Under the pieces are notes generated by a model, which saw nothing but the letters and a program-made list of their open reading frames with translations, did no database searches and was not told the DNA's origin. A program made the translations under genes and the position numbers. From Candidatus Thorarchaeota archaeon (GTDB taxonomy: Archaea; Asgardarchaeota; Thorarchaeia; Thorarchaeales; Thorarchaeaceae), in the NCBI GenBank assembly GCA_048884785.1, contig JBHLQM010000081.1, positions 1-11,324 on the forward strand: DNA of 11,324 nt. Reading direction: 5' to 3'. The first letter of the stretch is position 1. Every line of letters begins with the position of its first letter. Of this stretch, positions 1 to 6,458 are shown in pieces.

Positions 1-549
1 CTTTCCCATTCCTGCATGTACGATTTTCTGAGATTCTTCCGTCGAATCTTCATAGATACCAAACCGAGAAGGGATTTTCTTTTTCAATGAATTATTATCA
101 GTCGTATCAAGGCGTTTCATAAGGATGTGTTCCCTAATTCCATTCACATATCCTTCATAGGTAGCTATCATTTTGTAGCCTATTGCCTGATAGAAATCAG
201 GAGCTTGCCATGAGAATGTATAGGTCTGAGATGCCAGACATCCATTTCTTCTCGCTATTCTTTCTGCTTCTAGAACAAGGTCTTTCCCATAACCCAACCC
301 TTTAAACATGTCATCAACCCAGAGAACATCGAGGTACTGGGTCCAGTAAACCATGCTTGTCATAACTCCACCTACAATCCTGCCTTCATGGTCTTTGAGC
401 ACAAGACTAATCCAGTCTTTGGGACTGTTGAATTCTCCATCTGTCTGCTTGAGATTATATGATTCAAATCCCTTTTGGAACTCGATCACATCTTCTTTTG
501 ATGGATTTGCTATGATTGAAAATCGGTCATTGTCTGAATTTCGGGTCAT
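1..549 (-). CDS. GNAT family N-acetyltransferase, probably two tandem GNAT domains (3'-partial, runs off window start)
   Basis: Manual translation from ATG 549, open to base 1: MTRNSDNDRFSIIANPSKED...GRIVGGVMTSMVYWTQYLDVLWVDDMFKGLGYGKDLVLEAERIARRNGCLASQTYTFSWQAPDFYQAIGY...EHILMKRL. This carries the GNAT motif A (LWVDxxxxGxGxGxxL) and motif B (QAPxFYxxxGY). Absent from the ORF track because the stop lies outside the window. Confidence 0.9.
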   Translation of the reverse strand, partial: MTRNSDNDRFSIIANPSKEDVIEFQKGFESYNLKQTDGEFNSPKDWISLVLKDHEGRIVGGVMTSMVYWTQYLDVLWVDDMFKGLGYGKDLVLEAERIARRNGCLASQTYTFSWQAPDFYQAIGYKMIATYEGYVNGIREHILMKRLDTTDNNSLKKKIPSRFGIYEDSTEESQKIVHAGMGK

Positions 550-756
550 TTGAAAGCATCTCTGTTAGAATATACGTGCCATCATCGTAATATTTCATTA
601 TCCTAAATTTGCATTCAATTGCAATAGGGGAGCTACTCGCTCTAAAACGGATGAGAATACAGGTGCTTTATTATTGTTTCATCTCTCAGTGTGCTATCTC
701 AAATACTCCTGTGCAAAACAAGCGTAATTGTCAAGTACTTGTTCGGTTTGTAGCGC

Positions 757-1269
757 ATGGTTTTGGAAATGAGTACAATTTCTAAGATACTACTAGATAT
801 GATAAATCATGAGAGTCGTCAAACTAGATTTGTCATGGCGGCTGCTAGAGGGTCTGATTTTAATTTCAGACCCTCAGATGAAATGCGTTCTTTGATTGAT
901 GTGATGAATCATTTGGCTGAAATCCCAACAATTGATCTAAAATTTTGCTCAATGCAATTCAATGACTTTGAAGAAGTCCACACAATGGAAAAAGAGCTTC
1001 GCAGGGACACGATTGATGAACTGCTTGCACTCTATGACAAAGGGATGGAAACTATTCATGAATTCATCTCAAAACTCTCCGACATTCAGCTTACGAAGAA
1101 CAGCCTAAAGCCATTCGATCTAGAAGGGCCACCAAGGAGTTGGGCTCATTATATCCCGGAGATCACAACTCATCTAGCAATGCACAAAATGCAGTTGTGG
1201 ATGTACCTGAAACTTGCAGGTGCTTCTGTGAGTATGAGGACATACTATGGTGTTCCCCAGAACGATTGA
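757..1269 (+). CDS. DinB/YfiT-like family protein (putative metal-binding four-helix bundle)
   Basis: FRPSDEMRSLIDVMNHLAE and THLAMHKMQLWMYLKLAG match the DinB pattern with a three-His set. Alternative start ATG 769. Confidence 0.85.
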   Translation: MVLEMSTISKILLDMINHESRQTRFVMAAARGSDFNFRPSDEMRSLIDVMNHLAEIPTIDLKFCSMQFNDFEEVHTMEKELRRDTIDELLALYDKGMETIHEFISKLSDIQLTKNSLKPFDLEGPPRSWAHYIPEITTHLAMHKMQLWMYLKLAGASVSMRTYYGVPQND

Positions 1270-1482
1270 AATCTTCAGGGTTCTCACTGCGAAGATTAAC
1301 TCAGTAGCCAAGATTGATTTTTGGGCACTATGGAAGACTTACTATGGTAGAATGTTAGTCAAGAGTATCGGGGTTTCGCGGGAGTTCAATCTTCGAGAGA
1401 CTAGGGAGATGCTTCAACAACTGGAGGCAGCTGGAATCCCCCTTGGTCTCAACTACTAGTGTCTTCCACTTTTGGTGGATGC

Positions 1483-1869
1483 TCAGTCTGGAGGCTCAAG
1501 AGCCTCGAACATATCCTGTTTCACATCCTTACTCAAAACAGCGGAAGCAATCAAGATTCCTTCTTCGTGGAGCATCTCCAAACTAAATCCGAGAGATACG
1601 AGGCGCTTCAAATATTCAAGTCTGGCAATGACATTGTCTATGAATTTTCGTATTGCTGTCGCATTCGAAGTCTTTGGTAGGAAAGGCAGATTCACTTCAA
1701 CCTCAATATCAAGATCCTCTGTCCTGTACTCATATCTCGTCAGGATGATGCGGACTGTTTTTGTCTTGAGAAGAATCTCCAGGACTTGCTGCTTCCTGTT
1801 TGGAGCGATAAGGGAGAGGTCGGCCGAAGCGAATCGTCTGAACCTCTCCATCATCTCAATTGAATTCAT
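1483..1869 (-). CDS. Hypothetical protein (128 aa)
   Basis: Open frame with a GGAGA SD-like motif upstream of the ATG, 15 bp after the permease stop. Natural composition. No recognised motif. Confidence 0.7.
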   Translation of the reverse strand: MNSIEMMERFRRFASADLSLIAPNRKQQVLEILLKTKTVRIILTRYEYRTEDLDIEVEVNLPFLPKTSNATAIRKFIDNVIARLEYLKRLVSLGFSLEMLHEEGILIASAVLSKDVKQDMFEALEPPD

Positions 1870-1884
1870 CTTGTTATCTCCAGA

Positions 1885-2667
1885 CTATAGCTCAGTTCTA
1901 TCAAACGACACGATTGCAACGACTATGAACATGATAATCTGAACACAAGCGGACAGGAGTATCAATTCAAGACCTGCAACGGACGTTCCTGTGATGAATC
2001 CTATCCCGATCACGGGAAGGGAGTATGGGATTATGAATAGGATCAAGGGGAAGTATCTCGCAACCAACTGCGCTCCAAGGCCAATAACGAAAGCTCCCGC
2101 AAGTACCTTGCTTCTGCTGGTAGTAAATGTACCGATCATTATTGTCAGGCTTGCAAAATAAACCACGACAATACTAGTAAGCCCAAGGTTAATGACAAAT
2201 CCAGGTATGTTCAGAGCGTAGCCAAATGCGCTAAAAACGCCATATGTTATCGCACCATTAATGACCACAGAAACAACGACAATTGATAGAATGCTGGCAG
2301 CCAACTTCGAGAGAAGATAGGCCTTCTTTGATACAGGTTTTGATAGAATCCATGCCGCTGTGCCGGATACCTTGTCATCGATGATTGTGCCCTGCAGTAG
2401 AATCGGGATGAAGATGACAATGAGAAGAGCCAAAATGCTAAAAGATGCCCCTAATGAAACAAGATACAATGCTTCCATCCCCTCAATTAAATCGGGGGGT
2501 AGAGCAAGAATGAGAGCAATCATCCCATTTGTAAAGAGAGCCCAAACCACTAGTTGCTGTATCCAGTACATCCTACCGCGTTCATGAAACAGCTCCCGTG
2601 TGATCAGATTTTTCATCCCTGCATGCCAGGGTTTTGTGTTAGTTCGTGGTATCATTTCAGTTGTCAC
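1885..2667 (-). CDS. ABC-2 type transporter permease subunit
   Basis: About 6 hydrophobic segments and the motif DDKVSGTAAWILSKPVSKKAYLLSKL, typical of ABC-2 permeases (E..GT...LS.PV.R...L.K). Likely start is GTG 2667 (GGAGG 9 nt upstream) or ATG 2676, overlapping the ATPase remnant stop. The ORF-track start at 2733 is probably too long. Confidence 0.9.
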   Translation of the reverse strand: MTTEMIPRTNTKPWHAGMKNLITRELFHERGRMYWIQQLVVWALFTNGMIALILALPPDLIEGMEALYLVSLGASFSILALLIVIFIPILLQGTIIDDKVSGTAAWILSKPVSKKAYLLSKLAASILSIVVVSVVINGAITYGVFSAFGYALNIPGFVINLGLTSIVVVYFASLTIMIGTFTTSRSKVLAGAFVIGLGAQLVARYFPLILFIIPYSLPVIGIGFITGTSVAGLELILLSACVQIIMFIVVAIVSFDRTEL

Positions 2668-2800
2668 TTTTTCCATCCTCCACAAGTCTAAGGAATATCT
2701 CTTCCAACTCATACTTCTTAATGCCAAATTCACAAACTGAGAGAGACCGATCTTTGAGAATGGTCCTCAGCAGTTCTTCTTCTGCCATAGCTTCATGTTT
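2657..2800 (-). pseudogene. C-terminal remnant of an ABC transporter ATP-binding protein
   Basis: ...HEAMAEEELLRTILKDRSLSVCEFGIKKYELEEIFLRLVEDGKSDN* contains the LEEIFLxLV tail typical of ABC-2 ATPases and sits directly before the permease. No Walker A/B region is present. The left end is the stop codon; the 5' boundary is approximate. Confidence 0.75.
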
Positions 2801-3516
2801 TACTACCAGGTTCTCCTGAACGTGCAAGACTTGCAGCATCAATGTTTGATGAGTGCGATGAAAAGTCGTTTCATCGGGAGTATCTCTCCTTCACTGGCAA
2901 GTACAAGGGTGTTGATGTCACGGTAATGTCGACGGGTATAGGTTGCTTTTCGGCCGTGACAGCAGTCGAGGAACTCGCAGCTATCGGAGCGGATACCTTC
3001 ATTCGTATTGGATCATGTGCAACTTACCAGAGAGAGATTGAATTAGGTGACAATATAATCGCAACCGGATGTATTAGGGACGAGGGGTGCACATTGGAAT
3101 TCGCACCTCTATCATTCCCTGCAGTACCAGACCTAGAGGTTTTAACAGGGCTTATAGAATCAGCAAAAGAGATTGGAGTAAGATATCATACAGGAATTGT
3201 AAGGACCTGCGAGAACTTCTACCTGCGAGAGCGGTCCCCAAAACTCAATGAGCAGTATGCCAGACTTGGTGCCCTGGCACTTGAGATGGAATTATCAGCT
3301 ATCCTGATGGCAGCAATTGATCTTGGAAAAAGAGCAGGCGGCATTCTTACTGTTGGTTCAAACCTAGTGACAACTGAAAACCGTTACAAAGGACAGCGTG
3401 TTTCTGAGTTTGAGCTTGGGGAGAAGAATATGATCAAGATTGCTCTGGAAACAATCAAGCGATTGATAGTCAATAGCTCACATGCGCTCGGGTATTACAA
3501 ATTCGTCTTCAATTAG
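2791..3516 (+). CDS. Nucleoside (uridine/purine) phosphorylase, PNP_UDP_1 family, 5'-truncated (possible pseudogene)
   Basis: HREY, STGIG, AVEEL, FIRIGSC, RDEG and LEME motifs. The frame extends upstream of ATG 2842 as LHVLLPGSPERARLAASMF (equivalent to the conserved VLLPGDPxR) to a TAG at 2788-2790, with no usable start codon. Confidence 0.88.
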   Translation, partial: LHVLLPGSPERARLAASMFDECDEKSFHREYLSFTGKYKGVDVTVMSTGIGCFSAVTAVEELAAIGADTFIRIGSCATYQREIELGDNIIATGCIRDEGCTLEFAPLSFPAVPDLEVLTGLIESAKEIGVRYHTGIVRTCENFYLRERSPKLNEQYARLGALALEMELSAILMAAIDLGKRAGGILTVGSNLVTTENRYKGQRVSEFELGEKNMIKIALETIKRLIVNSSHALGYYKFVFN

Positions 3517-4146
3517 CCTACAAGCAATGCTTCGGAATCCAGGACATTTACTCCATCGCATCTTGTACTCACAATTCTTACACTCGTGGAATATTTCGAA
3601 ACTTCGTTTGATATTCAGAATTGTGACGAAACCAAGATAGAGTGTGAGTATGAATAGCATCTTGAAAAGGAGCAGAGGTGAGAGAAGACCATCGATGAGA
3701 AGGATGGACCAGCAGATAGAAGCAAATCCCGAACCTAACAAGAACTTAGAACCTACTTTTGCCCTCTTACTTCCATCTACGACACCTGATAGGCTCGCAA
3801 TAAAATACACTAGAATCGCAAGTCCTCCACCCCAAAAAAGGTAGAATCGAATAAGCAGACTCTCGTCAAACAACCAGATTAGCAGAAGCAAAGCCATTGC
3901 TCCAAAGAATGAGAGCGAATTGAAGGTACAGCCTATGCACCATCTTCGCCCGCGAATGGTGACCGAGTGACCATCAAAATGGTCACAAGAGGGATGGTGG
4001 GAAGTTATGAACGGATCGGTAATCTTGAGGAATTGGAGAGGATGTCGGATTACCCGGCGCATGTCCAGCAAGAGCCTTCCGCGACTTGAGTCATCAAGAA
4101 TCTCATCACACGGTCTTGTATCTTGATTGTCCTCTACCAATTCCAT
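3478..4146 (-). CDS. Cys/His-rich integral membrane protein (loosely DUF2085-like), putative metal binding
   Basis: HHPSCDHFDGH...WCIGC, then about 4 TM segments, then CKNC...CPGF...C. AGGTTG upstream of the ATG. Family assignment is tentative. Confidence 0.7.
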   Translation of the reverse strand: MELVEDNQDTRPCDEILDDSSRGRLLLDMRRVIRHPLQFLKITDPFITSHHPSCDHFDGHSVTIRGRRWCIGCTFNSLSFFGAMALLLLIWLFDESLLIRFYLFWGGGLAILVYFIASLSGVVDGSKRAKVGSKFLLGSGFASICWSILLIDGLLSPLLLFKMLFILTLYLGFVTILNIKRSFEIFHECKNCEYKMRWSKCPGFRSIACRLIEDEFVIPERM

Positions 4147-4159
4147 GACAACCTAGAGC

Positions 4160-4540
4160 TTATGGATATGGAAATATTGGAAGTAATCCAGCCAAAATCG
4201 CTGCAAAGATTGAACCAAAGACGAATATGAGTAGCAGAATCATTACAATGAACTGAATTATTCCACCCAGAATCCAAGCTATGAGCGCACTACCCCAACC
4301 AACGTTGTGTCGACTCTTGATAAAGTACCAAGCCAAGATACAGCCAAGACAAGGAATCCAAATCACGAGGGACATGAGAAGGGCAGTCACGAATGTACTA
4401 CCAATCTCTCTATTATTGCCATTCACAAAACCAAGACCAATCCCAAGGAACACTCCTTGAATGATTAGGTTTAGGACGAAGATTAGAAAGATTAGCAAGA
4501 AAATCATTTCGAGTGTAAGCCCGAATAACCAGGGTTGCAT
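4160..4540 (-). CDS. Small hydrophobic membrane protein with PCLGC motif
   Basis: Strong GGAGGAG SD upstream of the ATG, 3-4 TM segments, and a 13-bp gap to the next co-oriented gene. Confidence 0.8.
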   Translation of the reverse strand: MQPWLFGLTLEMIFLLIFLIFVLNLIIQGVFLGIGLGFVNGNNREIGSTFVTALLMSLVIWIPCLGCILAWYFIKSRHNVGWGSALIAWILGGIIQFIVMILLLIFVFGSIFAAILAGLLPIFPYP

Positions 4541-4692
4541 TTTATCTCTCCTCCAGAGAAACTTAGATTTCTTTCAATCAGGCCTTGGTTAAAAGATTTC
4601 CGAGAAATCCAGATGCACCAATGAGAAGTACTATGATACTTTGGTTACTATCTTGGTTGGAAAACTAGAAAAGATGAATCAAGCTAGCAACT

Positions 4693-4699
4693 AAAAAAA
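4693..4699 (-). terminator. Oligo-T archaeal terminator candidate for the small ORF transcript
   Basis: T7 run on the minus strand about 80 nt after the TAG at 4779, just downstream of the hairpin cluster. Confidence 0.5.
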
Positions 4700-4714
4700 G
4701 ATAACGCAAGGAAG

Positions 4715-4773
4715 CTCAGTTGATCGCAGTGGAAGCCACTGCGAATTGTTGTAAAGCTGAGGGAGTAACTCCC
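4715..4773 (-). other. Structured 3' UTR (stacked hairpins)
   Basis: Perfect 9-bp stem TCGCAGTGG/CCACTGCGA (4724-4744), flanking CTCAG/CTGAG pair (4715-4719/4757-4761), and GGGAG/CTCCC hairpin (4761-4773). Confidence 0.6.
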
Positions 4774-4778
4774 AGAAC

Positions 4779-4997
4779 CTAGCGCACGAAATAGCTCCTT
4801 GCTTGTCCAATCAGACCCACATCCTTCGATAGTTCATAATCACGTATTGCCGCATCACTGGCCAGGTGTTTACGTAATTCTCTATCACTAATCTGACGGA
4901 CCTCTGTAATTCTTCTTCCCTTTCGCTTGAAGGGCAAGTACTGTTCAATCACTTCATAGATTGTTTGCATTGAAACTGTTGCCGTTGCGGTACACAC
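4779..4997 (-). CDS. Small basic hypothetical protein (start uncertain: GTG 4997, ACG 4985, ATG 4970, or ATG 5117 with TGA readthrough)
   Basis: Open frame with natural helical, charged composition (TIYEVIEQYLPFKRKGRR...SDRELRKHLA), GAGGAG at 5002-4997, upstream TATA candidates and a downstream T-tract. Confidence 0.6.
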   Translation of the reverse strand: MCTATATVSMQTIYEVIEQYLPFKRKGRRITEVRQISDRELRKHLASDAAIRDYELSKDVGLIGQARSYFVR

Positions 4998-5088
4998 TCC
5001 TCAGTGAGTAACAAGGGCACAATCGAAGTTCGCCACGGAAATTAGGTCCGAAGGTTTGACGCAACCATGAATCAAACCACTAGGAAAA

Positions 5089-5325
5089 CCGAAACTATGG
5101 CAATTATTACAGACCATATCATTGTTTCGTGTTTTTTATTATTCTTATTAAGAGTTGGCATCCATGGCTTTCCTCGCATGCCACTTGTCAACTACAATAG
5201 GAAAATATGGCAACTTTGCATATATACTTTGAGTTGACAGTAACAATAAAATCGAATTGCCTAAGCTATAGCGTTATACTGATACTAGGTAGTATTGTTT
5301 ATAAGGATGATTGCCGATATTTCCG
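5089..5325. promoter_or_regulatory. Divergent promoter region with three TTGCC-N4-TTTC boxes and TATA candidates
   Basis: Boxes at 5103-5089 (-), 5213-5199 (-) and 5311-5325 (+). TATA-like TTTATAAG at 5298-5305 (+), GTATATAT at 5227-5220 (-) and TTAATAAG near 5150-5143 (-). Confidence 0.55.
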
Positions 5326-5340
5326 AATAGGGATTGCAAA

Positions 5341-6444
5341 ATGGAGACCGCTAAAGCAATGAATACTGAGATTCCCCTTGATACAACCGATCTTGAGATC
5401 CTTACGTCACTAGAAAAAGGGGGTACAAAGGTTTCTACTACACAACTCAGCGACGAGCTTAGCATTCCAGGTCGAACCATACGGTATCGAATGAATAGGA
5501 TGCGCAAAGACGGCCTATTGAAACCTCCTGTCATTCAGACGTACGAGAGGAAGTTAGGGCTCGGGGAGCGAATAGTTCTGATTCAGAGTGTCCCTGAAAA
5601 AGAAGATGTGCTAATAAAAATCATAGAGGAGCTGAATCTCTTCTACACATTCTCAACAACGTACGGGAGATATGATGGTTTTCTTATTTACACCATGTTC
5701 CCGCTTGTGAATCCCAGATTCATAAATCAGATTGTTGATGAGTTGAGGGAAAAGGGACTGATTAGAGATTATTTCATTTTTGACGCAGTAGATTACACAC
5801 GTAAGAGTCCAGCCATCACACCTTTCCTTCCTGGCGAGGATTGGAGCTGGTCAACATGGGTAGAGGAAACTGAAGAAATTCTGAAGAAGGATTGTGAAAA
5901 CAAACTCAATCTTGAAGAATTCCCAAAAGTAGTCAAATTCGATTATAGTGATGTCCAGATTCTCAAATACATGGTGGAGAATCCAGAACCGACTCTCAAA
6001 GAGATCAGCAAGATCCTGAAACTTTCATTGACCCAAGTTCACAAGAGAGTCAAGAGACTGGAAGACACAGGAGTGATAAAGGGAATCAAGCCCGTCTTCA
6101 CACCCTACAAGGACTGCGTGTCTATCTCGTGCTTCTTCAAGTCACGGGAGCATGCTCAGAAGATAATCTGTGGATTCCATAATCTGCCCTTCGACCTCAA
6201 TTTTGCCATGGAGAGTCCCACAAAATTCAATGTAAAGGTTTCAATTCCGCAGACAGAAATGAATGCATTCCTCAAACACATAAACATCTTCAGAAAGTAT
6301 TCCGAGGAGTTCTTTATTCAAATCTGTGTCAAATGGACAATGAAGGGATATCACCACCTCCTCGAGGCGTATAATAAGGAAACAGAGAGCTGGGAAATTC
6401 CTATCAATGATGTGATGACGACCATTCGCAAATACGCCAAATGA
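5341..6444 (+). CDS. Lrp/AsnC-family transcriptional regulator with two tandem HTH-effector modules
   Basis: HTH1 LDTTDLEILTSL...STTQLSDELSIPGRTIRYRMNRMRKDGLL and HTH2 FDYSDVQILKYM...TLKEISKILKLSLTQVHKRVKRLEDTGVIKG. TYGRYD in the first RAM-like domain. Start is more likely ATG 5341 or 5359, because TTG 5311 lies only 5 nt after the TATA box. Confidence 0.88.
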   Translation: METAKAMNTEIPLDTTDLEILTSLEKGGTKVSTTQLSDELSIPGRTIRYRMNRMRKDGLLKPPVIQTYERKLGLGERIVLIQSVPEKEDVLIKIIEELNLFYTFSTTYGRYDGFLIYTMFPLVNPRFINQIVDELREKGLIRDYFIFDAVDYTRKSPAITPFLPGEDWSWSTWVEETEEILKKDCENKLNLEEFPKVVKFDYSDVQILKYMVENPEPTLKEISKILKLSLTQVHKRVKRLEDTGVIKGIKPVFTPYKDCVSISCFFKSREHAQKIICGFHNLPFDLNFAMESPTKFNVKVSIPQTEMNAFLKHINIFRKYSEEFFIQICVKWTMKGYHHLLEAYNKETESWEIPINDVMTTIRKYAK

Positions 6445-6458
6445 AGGAAGACTCAATC

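Noticed and set aside
353-553. 66-aa plus-strand ORF
   Set aside because: Antisense shadow of the GNAT gene.
1247-1459. 70-aa ORF (…MLVKSIGVSREFNLRETREMLQQLEAAGIPLGLNY)
   Set aside because: Could be a gene remnant or small protein, but there is no clear SD or recognisable motif, so it cannot be supported.
1459-2587. Plus-strand ORFs 1459-1680, 1472-1942 and 2360-2587
   Set aside because: Antisense to better-supported minus-strand genes, with low-information composition.
4720-4747. TGAT...AAG...CGAA resembling a eukaryote-type SECIS core
   Set aside because: It lies on the plus strand, antisense to the TGA-containing ORF, has no plus-strand gene upstream, and the helix register does not fit a canonical SECIS.
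4779-4997. Small basic ORF as an archaeal histone
   Set aside because: Size and charge are similar, but the histone-fold signature (R-x-T-I/V-x-x-x-D near the C-terminus) is absent.
5097-5111. CNNCH as evidence for a c-type cytochrome
   Set aside because: No signal peptide, the motif lies in an unverified extension, and it overlaps the TTGCC DNA box. Kept only as a note.
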